In this document: piece after piece, positions 9,672 to 20,089 of the stretch
How the letters are laid out: each line of letters opens with the position of its first letter
Position numbering within the stretch: position 1 is the stretch's first letter
Assembly (NCBI GenBank): GCA_037137755.1
Contig: JBAXJR010000023.1
Location: 1-38,672, forward strand
Length of the DNA: 38,672 nt
Origin: Methanomicrobiales archaeon
GTDB lineage: Archaea > Halobacteriota > Methanomicrobia > Methanomicrobiales > Methanospirillaceae
Direction: 5' to 3'
The notes under the pieces: generated by a model
Seen by the model: only the letters and a program-made list of their open reading frames with translations
What the model was told of the DNA's origin: nothing
The model's database searches: none
Program-made: the position numbers and the translations under genes

Positions 9672-11476
9672 CGGGTTTTGGCGAGAGAAAACGGCAGGCA
9701 TTCCAGCAGTATGAAGAGGGGAACTATGAAGAGTCCTATGCCCTGTGCATAGTCCTCCTGGGCGAGAACCAGGAACCACAGGTTGAGGTACTGGCTGCGA
9801 CGAACCTGTTCAATCTCGGACGGCTCGAAGAGGCAGAACTGCATTTCCGTGACCTTGCACGGAAAATGCCTGATTCATCCCACGTGCACGGGTTCCTCGG
9901 GAAGGTACTCCGTGAAAAAGGCGATGATGGGGCAGTAGCGGAATTCTCCACGGCTGTGCGTCTCGACCCGGATAACCAGGACGCGCTTCGGAATTATATT
10001 AAGTGCCTTGTAGATACCAGGGATTACCGCCGGTCACTTCCTGCACAGCGTCGCCTTGCGACACACTCCCGGAGAGAGGATGACTGCAGGGACCTGATTG
10101 CCACGCTTATTGCCGTGGGTGAGGGTGCCGAGGCACTGGACCAGTACCAGAAGTTTCCGTCCCTGAAAGCAAACGCTGACCCGCTCTTCATCGATGCCCT
10201 CATTGCTGCAGGAGAGTTTGTAAAGGCAGGGGAGGCCGCATCGGCTGAGTTTGAACGCTCCGGTACAAGGGAGTTTCTCCGGAAATATCTTGCAGTACTG
10301 TCACGCTACAACGTAGATCAGGCCCTTTCGGGTTACCGTGACGCCTGCATGATGGGGACGGATCATGGCATTGCAAAGGACTATGTCAACCTCCTCATTT
10401 CTGTCCGGGAGAATGAAGAGGCACTGCGAATGTGCAGGGCGCTGGTAACGGATAACAAGGATCCTGATAGTGAACTACGCCTTATTGAATGCAGGCTGCT
10501 CGCCGGACTTGGTAAGAAAGAGGAGGCAAGATCTACCTACGAAGAGCTGATACGTTCAGGTATCGGAAGTGCCGGGACGGATGCCACCCTTCGTGATGCA
10601 CTCCCGCTCTACCGCGAGTTCCTCCTGACATATTACCCGAAAAACGAGACATTAAAGACATTTACATCGGTCGTCTCACCGGGTGCGAACCCGGTATGCC
10701 TCTACGAGACCGGGAACCTCTACGAACAGCTGGGCGATACTACCGAGGCACGCGGATGGTTCTACCGGGCATACCGAAGCGATTTCCTTACCGGCGGCCT
10801 TGAATATGCATCGTTCCTTGCCCGCCACAAGGAGTGGAGGGAATGTGAGAAAGTGATGCTGTACATCCTTTCCAACATTAAGCGGAGCCAGGACATTGTC
10901 AGGGTTGCACAGGTAACCACGGGAGGCAACATGATTCACCATACCCCGAGGCTCCTCTTCAGGCTTATCGAACGGCTTGAAGAACGACGGGACAAGCTCC
11001 CTGCAGAAGGACTTGAATTTCTGGCCGTTGCGTATCTTGTTGCCGGGACAAACGCGATAAGCGAGGGTAATTATCCGGCATGCAAACGGTACTGCCTGCA
11101 GGGAATTGATATCCTGCCCGCATATTCAACCTGCATTACAACGGCTGATTTCGTTGCTGTCCTCGGACGCTGCAAGGAGCGGGCGATAGTCGACCTGCCG
11201 GTAATGGGTGATGCAGAAGGGTCTGCAGGGATTCCCGCCCGGGAAATGCCACAGGTCCGGATTAGTGGTCTCGAGCCGCAGGAGGAGAAAATCCTCGAGT
11301 TCCTGAAACTGCACCGCAAGGCCAGTGAAACAGACCTGCGAAAACTCCTCGGAACCCGCCGGGTGACAGGGATAATGAACAGGCTGATTGCCAAAAGTGT
11401 TGCACAGGGTGTCAGGCACGTTGCAAAAAGAGGGAGTGGGGAGCAGGGGGAGATCTATGAGTATACGGGAGGGTGA
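9656..11476 (+). CDS. TPR-repeat protein with C-terminal winged-helix-like domain
   Basis: TPR-like helices (LGRLEEAELHF, AVRLDPDNQDAL, LGDTTEARGWFYRAY). Last ~70 aa (QEEKILEFLKLHRKASETDLRKLLGTRRV...EIYEY) read as a wHTH. Overlaps the GT2 stop codon. Confidence 0.8.
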   Translation: MGTGLTGFGERKRQAFQQYEEGNYEESYALCIVLLGENQEPQVEVLAATNLFNLGRLEEAELHFRDLARKMPDSSHVHGFLGKVLREKGDDGAVAEFSTAVRLDPDNQDALRNYIKCLVDTRDYRRSLPAQRRLATHSRREDDCRDLIATLIAVGEGAEALDQYQKFPSLKANADPLFIDALIAAGEFVKAGEAASAEFERSGTREFLRKYLAVLSRYNVDQALSGYRDACMMGTDHGIAKDYVNLLISVRENEEALRMCRALVTDNKDPDSELRLIECRLLAGLGKKEEARSTYEELIRSGIGSAGTDATLRDALPLYREFLLTYYPKNETLKTFTSVVSPGANPVCLYETGNLYEQLGDTTEARGWFYRAYRSDFLTGGLEYASFLARHKEWRECEKVMLYILSNIKRSQDIVRVAQVTTGGNMIHHTPRLLFRLIERLEERRDKLPAEGLEFLAVAYLVAGTNAISEGNYPACKRYCLQGIDILPAYSTCITTADFVAVLGRCKERAIVDLPVMGDAEGSAGIPAREMPQVRISGLEPQEEKILEFLKLHRKASETDLRKLLGTRRVTGIMNRLIAKSVAQGVRHVAKRGSGEQGEIYEYTGG

Positions 11477-11480
11477 TCGG

Positions 11481-12758
11481 ATGGACGAACAGAAACTGGA
11501 GAGCCTGAATATTATCAACGCCTTACGGCGGGGGACCGTGCCTGCCAGCGGGCTGGAGCGGATTGCAGTCGGTCTCGACGTGGAAGAGGACGTTATTGCC
11601 ACACAGCTGGATTATGTCTCTTCGGGGGGGGGCGACCTCAAGTTTATCAGGGGGGATTACGGGAGCGGGAAGACGTTTCTCGTCGCACGGTCACTTGAAA
11701 TTGCACGGGAAAAGGGATTTGCCACGGCCCATGTCATTATTTCCCCTTCATCCCCCCTGCACAAGCTGAAAGGGATTTACCAGCAGATATGCGGGACCCT
11801 GCGGACGAAGGAAGACGAGCACGCACTGAAGACGGTCATCGACAACTGGCTCTATGCTATCGAGGAGCGAATCATCCAGGTCACCGGCGATGGAATGGAT
11901 GAACAGGGACTCGAAGCAGCGACAGAACGGGAGATAGAGTCCGCACTTGCCGGGATCAGCGAGATGAACTCTTCACTTGCAGCAGCCCTGCGGACGTACT
12001 ACCGGGCGAATAATGCCGGGGACTTCCAGCTCGCGCAGTCTGCGATTGGCTGGCTTTCTGCCGAGCCGAATATCGGCCGCGATTTTAAACAGAAAGCAGC
12101 AATTAAAGGTGACATTGACGAGACCGTTGCATTTGTATTTCTGAAAGGTATCGTCCGGGTCATTGTCGGATCGGGAAGCAGGGGCCTGGCGGTCGCAATC
12201 GATGAGGCTGAGATTACGCAGTCTTCCCCGCGTGCGACCCGGGAAAAAGGATATTCCCTCATACGACAGGTGGTTGATTCCCTTGACGGGGGAGAAATGC
12301 CCAACTGTTATTTCCTGGTCACCGGAACGCCCTCGCTGTTTGAAGGCCCACGTGGGTTCCGCTCACTTCCTGCCCTTTTTGACCGGATCAATGTTGTCCC
12401 GACCGATAAATTCAGGAACCCGAGACAGCCGCAGATCATTCTCTCGCGTTTCAATACGAACAAGCTCGAGAAAGTCGCCCTGAAGGTCTGTGACATCTAT
12501 TCAGTTGCCTATAAAGAGGTCGATCGGGAACGGATCTCTCACCGGTTTATCAGGGCAATGATCAGCAAGGTAACCGGAAAATTCGGGGGGAGGGTGGATA
12601 TCATCCCGAGGATTTTCTTAAAGGAATTTGTGGATGTTCTCGACAAGTGCGAGCTCTACGAAGATTACGACCCTTGGGCCGCCTATGAATTTGATACAGC
12701 CCGCTTAAAAGGCGAACTCCGTGAAGAGGAAGAAGCGGTCATGACGATTGAGTTCTGA
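11481..12758 (+). CDS. brxD: BrxD/DUF2791-family P-loop ATPase
   Basis: IINALRRGTVP..GL..IAVG N-terminus, Walker A GDYGSGKT, Walker B LAVAIDEAE, RNPRQPQI, PRIFLKEFVDVLD; ATG 11481 follows GGAGGGTGA, 4 nt after the TPR stop. Confidence 0.85.
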   Translation: MDEQKLESLNIINALRRGTVPASGLERIAVGLDVEEDVIATQLDYVSSGGGDLKFIRGDYGSGKTFLVARSLEIAREKGFATAHVIISPSSPLHKLKGIYQQICGTLRTKEDEHALKTVIDNWLYAIEERIIQVTGDGMDEQGLEAATEREIESALAGISEMNSSLAAALRTYYRANNAGDFQLAQSAIGWLSAEPNIGRDFKQKAAIKGDIDETVAFVFLKGIVRVIVGSGSRGLAVAIDEAEITQSSPRATREKGYSLIRQVVDSLDGGEMPNCYFLVTGTPSLFEGPRGFRSLPALFDRINVVPTDKFRNPRQPQIILSRFNTNKLEKVALKVCDIYSVAYKEVDRERISHRFIRAMISKVTGKFGGRVDIIPRIFLKEFVDVLDKCELYEDYDPWAAYEFDTARLKGELREEEEAVMTIEF

Positions 12759-12799
12759 TATCACGAGCCCTGGGTTAACCGGCGAATACCACCCTTGTG

Positions 12800-12826
12800 A
12801 ATTACCTGCGGTAATTACCTTTTTTT
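12800..12826 (+). terminator. Hairpin plus T-tract after the brxD-like gene
   Basis: AATTACC-TGC-GGTAATT perfect inverted repeat followed by ACC and a T7 run, between convergent genes. Confidence 0.45.
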
Positions 12827-12862
12827 CCAATTGGACAGGCGAACATTTACAAGATGAAAAGA

Positions 12863-14296
12863 TTATCGAAACATACCCCTGGGAACCGTTATCTCGAACC
12901 GTGCCCCCTTGCCAGGCTCGCCGTTCTCGTGGATTGTGATCCCGGTGATCGAGAGAATTTCCATGGCGAGGAACAACCCCAGGCCGGTGTTCTTCCCGAA
13001 TCCCTGCCTGAATATCTTTGTCTTCTCTGCAGCCGGGATACCAACGCCATCATCTTCGCATACAATCAGGTAGTCCTTCCCCGATTCCATGGCTGTGAAC
13101 CGGATGGTCGTGATCGTACCACCAAACCGGACAGCGTTTTCCATCAGGTTAATGAAAACCCTGACAACCAGCGGATCGGCGAATATTTCCATGCCGGCAG
13201 GGAGATCGTTTTTTACCATTACCTTTCCAAGTGGGGCCTGCTTTGCAGCAGCATCTACTGTTGTCCGACATTCCAGCCAGATTGATTCATTAACGCCGAT
13301 CCGTTCATATTCGCTGGTAAACCTTACCAGGCCGGAGATCCCCCTGACAGCAGTTGAAATCTTCCGGAGGTACTCATCATGAACCTTATCTGTTTGTTTC
13401 CTCTGCAAAATCCGGAGGTTTTCTGTGAGTATCGAGAGTTGGCGATTGATATCCTGGCGGCTGATGCCGAAAAGAATGCCGAGTTTTTTATTGGATTCCC
13501 GCAACGCTGTTTCCACGCGTTTTCGTTCAGTAATGTCACGTGTGCTTCCCTGTAAACCGATGACCGTACCTACCTCATCACGGACTGCCTGGATCGACAC
13601 CTCAGTCCAGACAGCACTGCCATCCTTCCGCACTATCTGCAGCTCAAGGATCTGGTCCATCCACCGTTCACTCATTGGTTTTTCTGCTTCTTCCCCGAAC
13701 TTCGTCCGAATCACAGAGAGGCTTTCCGGACAGAATGTCTGCTCCATACTGACGGCGTTAGCCTCCTCCGGGGTATAACCACGTAGTTTCATTACTGCCG
13801 GGCTATGGTAGGTGAATTTCCCGTCAAGCCGCATCCGCCAGATCGTATCACTTCCATTGTCCGCAAGCAGGCGGTAGTTGGCTTCACTTTTTCTTAATGC
13901 CTCTTCTGCACGTTTACGCGATACAGCGTAGTGTATCTTCTTAGAAAGTTCTGTGAATTGTGCAACAGGATTCCCACCCTTCTGCAGATAAAAATCAGCA
14001 CCATTATTGAGCGCCTCGATCACCACTTCTTCACGCCCTTTTCCGGTAAAAATAATTATTGGTGTCGTATTCCCCATTGATTTGAGTTGTTTGAGGAAGG
14101 TGATCCCATCCATCTCCGGCATCGCATAGTCAGCGACGATGGCGTCATACTGACGGGTATCCAGTTGCTCAAGTGCGACTTTCGCTGACGTGAGTGTATC
14201 AACAGCAAACGATTCCTCCCTTTCAAGGAATAGTCTGGCAATTTTAAGGAGTTCAGGTTCATCATCGACACAAAGTACCCGGATGGTAGCTGTCAT
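12863..14296 (-). CDS. REC-PAS-HATPase hybrid signalling protein with degenerate H-box
   Basis: REC (VDDE, ADYAMP, FTG, QKGG), PAS/PAC (RKDGSAVW...RDITERK), HATPase (NLMENAVR, EDDGVGI, GLGL). H-box position reads RQDINRQL. Likely start ATG 14296. Confidence 0.88.
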   Translation of the reverse strand: MTATIRVLCVDDEPELLKIARLFLEREESFAVDTLTSAKVALEQLDTRQYDAIVADYAMPEMDGITFLKQLKSMGNTTPIIIFTGKGREEVVIEALNNGADFYLQKGGNPVAQFTELSKKIHYAVSRKRAEEALRKSEANYRLLADNGSDTIWRMRLDGKFTYHSPAVMKLRGYTPEEANAVSMEQTFCPESLSVIRTKFGEEAEKPMSERWMDQILELQIVRKDGSAVWTEVSIQAVRDEVGTVIGLQGSTRDITERKRVETALRESNKKLGILFGISRQDINRQLSILTENLRILQRKQTDKVHDEYLRKISTAVRGISGLVRFTSEYERIGVNESIWLECRTTVDAAAKQAPLGKVMVKNDLPAGMEIFADPLVVRVFINLMENAVRFGGTITTIRFTAMESGKDYLIVCEDDGVGIPAAEKTKIFRQGFGKNTGLGLFLAMEILSITGITIHENGEPGKGARFEITVPRGMFR

Positions 14297-14596
14297 TACA
14301 CTCCCTTGTTTTCCAGGTAACACATACCTTTCGGCATAGAAATTCCACGGACCCCGCTGCCGGTCCCGGCAGGACACCACCAGATACAATCCTGTTTTTT
14401 TTCTGCTCATAGTGGGGGGCAGGACATCCGGCTATTTTTTTGCAATGGAAAGAATCGGATGGTTAATCCCTTTTTTATCCGGCCCATTGTGTTGGCGTAT
14501 CCTGCGATTATCATAGATAGCAGGACCCCGGTTTCCGGGTTCCGTTTAGCAAAGACCCGAGTTATATTAAACAATACGCAACAAATTAGATTGCTT

Positions 14597-16672
14597 ATGG
14601 ACCTGCGGGCGAAAACACTCATTATTTTCGGAGCCGGATTATTGCTCATCATTGCCGGCTTTACGGTGTATTCCTCATATGTCCTGCAAAAAAGCTACGC
14701 GGATATTGAACATGCGGAAGTTGGGCAGGAATTGGAACAGGTCAAATTTGATATCGAGAATGAATTATCCACACTTGATTCCACGCTGTTAGACTGGTCC
14801 TCCTGGGATGATACCTATCATTTTGCACAGGGAGATAATTCTGTTTTTATAAAAGAAAATCTTCAAAAAGAAACGTTCCAGACGCTGGACCTTAATTTTA
14901 TCCTGCTGTTCAACCGGTCGGGTGACCTCGTCTACGCCAGTGCGTACAATAAAAGTACCGGTGATCTTGAACAGGTCTCTCCTTCGTTGCTCAATACGGT
15001 GAAAGAGGACAATCCTCTTTTTATTTTTGATGCTCCTGGCAGGAGTTCGTCAGTGGGGGGTCTTTTCTTTGTTGATAGCCAGCCAAGTATTGCCGCCGTC
15101 CGTCCCATCCTGAAAAATAACGGAGACGGGCCCGCCGAAGGAATCATGGTCATGGGTCGTAATTTTGATGAAAACCGTGTGGATAAGCTATCAAAATCCA
15201 CCGGGGTAACAGTTACCTTCATTGATCCTGCCACCCTGTCACAAACCCCATCACTTCGTTCAATTCCGGGCCAGTTAACGAGTGAAAATTTCACGGTACG
15301 TTACCTGGACAATCCGGATACGGTCGTAGCATATACGCAGTTGAAGGAACTCAGTAATGCCCCTGCCAGTTATATTCTGGAGGTGAAAGAACCCCGGGTT
15401 ATCTACCAGAGCGGGATATCGACTATCCATTCATTCCTTTTCATTGTCCTCATTGCCGGGCTGATCTTTGGAATCCTGAGCTTGATCTTAATTGACCGGT
15501 TTATCCTGTCAAGGGTCGGTACCATCACAACCGACGTTCTGAAAATTGGATCTGATAAAGAAAGCAACAGGATCAGGGAGGTTGCGGGTAATGATGAATT
15601 AACCCAGCTATCCAGGGCAATCAACCAGATGCTTGAAAAGATCTTCCTTGCCCAGGTACGCTACCAGAGTATTGTTGAGGACCAGACCGAAATGATCTGC
15701 AGGTTCAACCCGGACGGCCGTATCACATTCATGAATTCCGCATTTAAACGTATCGTATCGGGTTTCAAGGGAGATATGGACACCGTAACGTTTTATGATC
15801 TCAATTCCCCTCACATCTCCAGGGAGCGAATAGAAAGAATAATTAAGACCCTGACACCGCATTCACCAATAGTTGAGGGAGAACAGGATTTCGCGCTTGA
15901 AAGGGGTGGACTTTCAATTTCCTGGTCCATCAGGGCAATTTTCGATTCGGAGGAGATATTGCAGGAATACCAGTTCGTAGGGAGTGATATTACCATGCGG
16001 AAGCAGGCGGAGACCGCATTACAGCAGGTGACAAAAAAACTGACTCTGTTGAACCAGGTCACGTTTAATGATATCCAGAATGCAGTCTTTACACTCAACG
16101 GGTACCTCACGCTCGAAAAAATCCTTCCTGATGGTGAAAATGTCGACAATTACCATGATATGGAGATAGAATCAGTCAGGAAGATCGCGGATTCGCTCAA
16201 ATTTGCAAAAAATTACCAGGACCTGGGCGTACACCCCCCTGAGTGGCAGAATGTTCACCAGGTATTCATTATGGGCATATCGCACCTGGATTTTTCATCC
16301 ATGCAGCGGAACATTCACCTTGATGACCTGGAGATCTATGCAGATTCACTCCTTGAGCGGGTTTTTTTAACGCTGGCAGGAAATGTTCTCCGCCATGCAA
16401 AACATGCTACGGAGGTTACCCTTGGGTATCAGATTACCGTGGACGGTCTCGTGCTGTTTTTCGAGGACAACGGTGGGGGAATACCCGACGCTAATAAGGA
16501 AAAGATATTTGAACGGGGATATGGTACCCAGCAGGGGATGGAATTGTTCCTGGTACGGGAAATCCTTGGAATTACGGGAATCACCATACGGGAAACGGGA
16601 AGGTATGGGTCCGGTGCACGTTTCGAGATGACTATACCAAAACGGTCATACCGGTTCCCGGGCAACAAATAA
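14597..16672 (+). CDS. Membrane sensor: CHASE4-HAMP-PAS-HATPase with degenerate H-box
   Basis: TM, CHASE4 motif DWSSWDDTY, second TM, HAMP (GNDELTQLSRAINQML), PAS, HATPase (EDNGGGI). H-box position reads FNDIQNAV. Likely start ATG 14597. Confidence 0.88.
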   Translation: MDLRAKTLIIFGAGLLLIIAGFTVYSSYVLQKSYADIEHAEVGQELEQVKFDIENELSTLDSTLLDWSSWDDTYHFAQGDNSVFIKENLQKETFQTLDLNFILLFNRSGDLVYASAYNKSTGDLEQVSPSLLNTVKEDNPLFIFDAPGRSSSVGGLFFVDSQPSIAAVRPILKNNGDGPAEGIMVMGRNFDENRVDKLSKSTGVTVTFIDPATLSQTPSLRSIPGQLTSENFTVRYLDNPDTVVAYTQLKELSNAPASYILEVKEPRVIYQSGISTIHSFLFIVLIAGLIFGILSLILIDRFILSRVGTITTDVLKIGSDKESNRIREVAGNDELTQLSRAINQMLEKIFLAQVRYQSIVEDQTEMICRFNPDGRITFMNSAFKRIVSGFKGDMDTVTFYDLNSPHISRERIERIIKTLTPHSPIVEGEQDFALERGGLSISWSIRAIFDSEEILQEYQFVGSDITMRKQAETALQQVTKKLTLLNQVTFNDIQNAVFTLNGYLTLEKILPDGENVDNYHDMEIESVRKIADSLKFAKNYQDLGVHPPEWQNVHQVFIMGISHLDFSSMQRNIHLDDLEIYADSLLERVFLTLAGNVLRHAKHATEVTLGYQITVDGLVLFFEDNGGGIPDANKEKIFERGYGTQQGMELFLVREILGITGITIRETGRYGSGARFEMTIPKRSYRFPGNK

Positions 16673-16733
16673 CCCTTGGCGGATCTTTTCACCGTCACCA
16701 AATGTAGTATTAAAAAAATCACGAGGTAAAATT

Positions 16734-17987
16734 TCACGGCCGTCTCCGGCGGACACGTACCGATTCTGCGTGGGCAAAGAGCCCTTCAGCGTCCGCAATG
16801 GTCTCCACCGTATCCCCGATCAATTCGATCCCTTCCCGGTCGATGATCTGGACGGTCGAGGTCTTCGTGAAATGCCGGACATCGAGACCGGAATAGGTCC
16901 TTGCATATCCTGCAGTCGGGAGGACGTGGTTTGTACCCGATGCAAAGTCCCCGCATGCGACCGCAGCGTTCGGCCCGACAAAGATCGACCCGGCATGCCG
17001 GACCCGTGACAGGACATACATGGTATCACCTGTCTGGATAGACAGGTGTTCAGGGGCGAGGTAATTTACTGCATCGATTGCATCATCCAGGCAGTCAGCA
17101 ATAAAATATCCCGAATTTTCCAGGGCTTTTTCAATTATCGGCCGGCGGGATGCTGATATCATCATGGTCTCAACAATTGCACCGGTCTTTTTCGCAATAG
17201 TTTCATCGGTCGTGATCAGGACACAGGCTGCATGGGGGTCATGCTCGGCCTGTGCAAGGATATCCGCTGCAATAAACTCAGGGTCTGCATTCCCGTCTGC
17301 AATAATCGCGATCTCGCTCGGACCGGCGGGGAAGTCGATCTCGGCATGTTCTCTTAAGAGGACTTTTGCAGCGGTGACGTAGACATTCCCGGGACCGACA
17401 ATCTTCTGGACAGGTTCAATCGTCCCGGTCCCGAGCGCCATCGCGGCAATTGCCTGGGCACCGCCGACCTGGTAGACTTCGTCCACACCGGCGATATCAA
17501 GGGCGATTAAGGTTGCAGGGTGGACTGGCGGCGGGGAGCAGCAGCAGACTGAGGGGACACCGGCGACCCTGGCAGGCACGGTACACATGAGTGCGGTGGA
17601 GGGGTATGCCGCTCTTCCGCCGGGCACGTAAGCCCCGATCCGGTCAAGTGCGGTCGTCTTCACCCCGAGCGTGATACCCGGGGATACCTGCCGGAGCCAC
17701 AGGTCTTCAGGTCGTGACATTTCGTGGAAGGCTGATATCCGTGCCTCTGCTTCTATCAGGCTCTCGACAAGACGGGGTTCGACTTTTTCGTATGCCGCTT
17801 CGCGCTCCTCCTCGCTCACCAGGAGTTCTGAAAGCCGGATGTGATCGAACTTCTCCGTCAGGTCGAAAAGGGCCGCATCCCCGCCTTCCCTGACCATGCG
17901 GATAATCTCTTCAACAGGTCCTTTTACATCGGAAATCCCGGATCTCCGCGCCTCCACCCATTTTTCGATATCGACAGCCTGCCACAT
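16734..17987 (-). CDS. hisD: Histidinol dehydrogenase, copy 1
   Basis: [53 protein letters not shown]; start ATG 17987 chosen by homology to copy 2. Confidence 0.93.
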   Translation of the reverse strand: MWQAVDIEKWVEARRSGISDVKGPVEEIIRMVREGGDAALFDLTEKFDHIRLSELLVSEEEREAAYEKVEPRLVESLIEAEARISAFHEMSRPEDLWLRQVSPGITLGVKTTALDRIGAYVPGGRAAYPSTALMCTVPARVAGVPSVCCCSPPPVHPATLIALDIAGVDEVYQVGGAQAIAAMALGTGTIEPVQKIVGPGNVYVTAAKVLLREHAEIDFPAGPSEIAIIADGNADPEFIAADILAQAEHDPHAACVLITTDETIAKKTGAIVETMMISASRRPIIEKALENSGYFIADCLDDAIDAVNYLAPEHLSIQTGDTMYVLSRVRHAGSIFVGPNAAVACGDFASGTNHVLPTAGYARTYSGLDVRHFTKTSTVQIIDREGIELIGDTVETIADAEGLFAHAESVRVRRRRP

Positions 17988-18373
17988 GTTAGCAGTCGTT
18001 CGATGAGATCCAATGTTAAAGTATCGACGAGGTCCGTTGATCAGCCCGGCCATTATCGCAACCAGTCGGGGGAGGATTTTTTCTGGCTCTCCCTGAACTA
18101 TCCCGTATCCCTTCTGGTGAACAATTTTGACCTGCACCTGTCATGTGAGGCGGACCAGGGCGGGATGATACACCCGCCTTTCTCTGAAATTTTGGATTCA
18201 GGTTTGTATTTCTCGCATGAATGTATCTCGCAAAAACCTGCTAAAACAGCTGGATGCTCCAAAATACAACTGCCACCAACAACGAAATGGTTCCGTGTGA
18301 AGAGTTTTTCACATCCAAATGGCGCTGCCGTCCCGAAACCTTAACAACCATTTCTGATGAAGCTATTCCTACC

Positions 18374-19624
18374 ATGTGGAAGGAAGTCGAGGTCGATACC
18401 TGGATCAATAACCGGACATCCAGTCTTGAGGGCGTCCGTGAAAATGTTACGGAGATAATCGCGCGTGTCCGGAATGAAGGGGACACGGCACTGAAAGCGA
18501 TGTCCCGGCACGTCGTCCTCGAAGAAGTCGCTGTTTCGGAGAAGGAAATTAAGGCAGCATACGACACGGTCGACGGGAAAATTGTTGAGAGCCTCGTCAA
18601 GGCAGAGGAACGCATCCGGCGCTTCCACGAACTCCAGCGCCCCCGTGACCTCTGGCTTGACACGATTGAACCCGGGATTGTCCTCGGCGTAAAAACAACA
18701 CCATTACGCAGGGTCGGCATTTACGTGCCTGGCGGAAGGGCTGCGTACCCGTCAACAGCCCTCATGTGTGCGGTTCCGGCCCGTGTGGCAGGGGTCCGCG
18801 AGATCTGCGCCTGTTCACCCCCACCCATAAAACCGCTCACGCTTATCGCCCTTGATATCGCCGGTGTCACCGAGATTTACAACGCCGGTGGCGCCCAGGC
18901 AATTGCTGCCATGGCAATTGGCACGGAAACCGTAAAACCCGTCCAGAAAATTGTCGGGCCTGGAAACGTGTACGTGACAATGGCAAAAATGATGCTCCGG
19001 GACCACGTGGAGATCGACTTCCCTGCCGGCCCGAGCGAGATCGCCATCATTGCCGATCATACAGCAGACCCTGATTTCATTGCAGCCGATATCCTCGCCC
19101 AGGCAGAACATGACCCGGATGCGGCCTGTATCCTGATTACCACCGATGAGAGCCTTGCAGAACAAGTCGGGAAGATTGTCGCTGCAATGACCGAAAAAGC
19201 ACCAAGGAAGGAGATCATCGAAAAAGCACTCGTTAATTCAGGGTACGTTGTTGTCCGTGACATCGATGAAGCGATTCGTGTATCAGACCGGGTTGCACCC
19301 GAGCACCTCTCAATACAAACCGCCGACTCACTTTCCATTGTAACCCGCGTGGAAAATGCAGGTGCAATATTTGTCGGGAAATATTCGGTAGTCGCAAGCG
19401 GGGATTATGCGATCGGGACTAACCATGTCCTCCCGACTGCAGGGTACGCAAAACTCTATTCCGGCCTTGATGTGAACCATTTCTGCAAGACAGCCTCTGT
19501 CGAGATGGTAAGTCCGGAAGGACTCGAAGCAATCGGTGATATCGTCGAAACCATCGCTGAAGCAGAAGGCCTTTTTGCCCATTCGGAATCCGTGAAAGTC
19601 AGGCGCAGGAAACATACCGTTTAA
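18374..19624 (+). CDS. hisD: Histidinol dehydrogenase, copy 2
   Basis: Same motif set ([39 protein letters not shown]); start ATG 18374. Confidence 0.92.
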   Translation: MWKEVEVDTWINNRTSSLEGVRENVTEIIARVRNEGDTALKAMSRHVVLEEVAVSEKEIKAAYDTVDGKIVESLVKAEERIRRFHELQRPRDLWLDTIEPGIVLGVKTTPLRRVGIYVPGGRAAYPSTALMCAVPARVAGVREICACSPPPIKPLTLIALDIAGVTEIYNAGGAQAIAAMAIGTETVKPVQKIVGPGNVYVTMAKMMLRDHVEIDFPAGPSEIAIIADHTADPDFIAADILAQAEHDPDAACILITTDESLAEQVGKIVAAMTEKAPRKEIIEKALVNSGYVVVRDIDEAIRVSDRVAPEHLSIQTADSLSIVTRVENAGAIFVGKYSVVASGDYAIGTNHVLPTAGYAKLYSGLDVNHFCKTASVEMVSPEGLEAIGDIVETIAEAEGLFAHSESVKVRRRKHTV

Positions 19625-20089
19625 TTTTTACCTTTTTTTGCTTTGTTGAACTACATGTGAACCGGGGGTTCACACCCCGGCCACGAAAATGCCTCTTCCA
19701 AATCTCTTTGAATTGGAATTCGTTCGAACAATTTTCGTGAGAAACCCCTCAGTGTTTAAAGAAAGAAAATACCAGGGGACAGGAGAGATTCTGTGGGCAG
19801 GGTTCAACGGTAGAATCTCTTAAAAATTTCAGACCGTTATAGTTCATTCCCTGTCCCAACCGGGGTCGCAAAAGCGGCGGGTCATGAGGCCCCGGAGGTT
19901 TCTTACCTTTGGGACGACCCGGGACTGTAACTTAATGCATGCAGGAATTCAACAAAGCCCAATTATTGTAAGTTTACACCCGGAATACTCCGGAATAGGT
20001 CACAAAAGGGAACAGAAAAGGGAACAGCGGATTTTGTCTTAAACAACTATAAATACCAATGTGGTCACCCCTGATCAGGTAATTTACAC

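Noticed and set aside
9656-12758. Complete BREX/Pgl defence system
   Set aside because: Only a BrxD-like ATPase is present; no pglX, pglZ, brxC/pglY, pglW or helicase in the window
17988-18373. N-terminal extensions of both hisD ORFs and the 167-aa ORF 17841..18344
   Set aside because: Homology between the paralogs begins at MWQ/MWK; the extensions and the overlapping ORF show no recognisable protein features
19860-19930. GC-rich stretch considered as SRP RNA, tRNA or riboswitch
   Set aside because: Only a loose terminal stem (GGGTCG/CGACCC); no SRP helix-8 motif, cloverleaf or T-loop recognised
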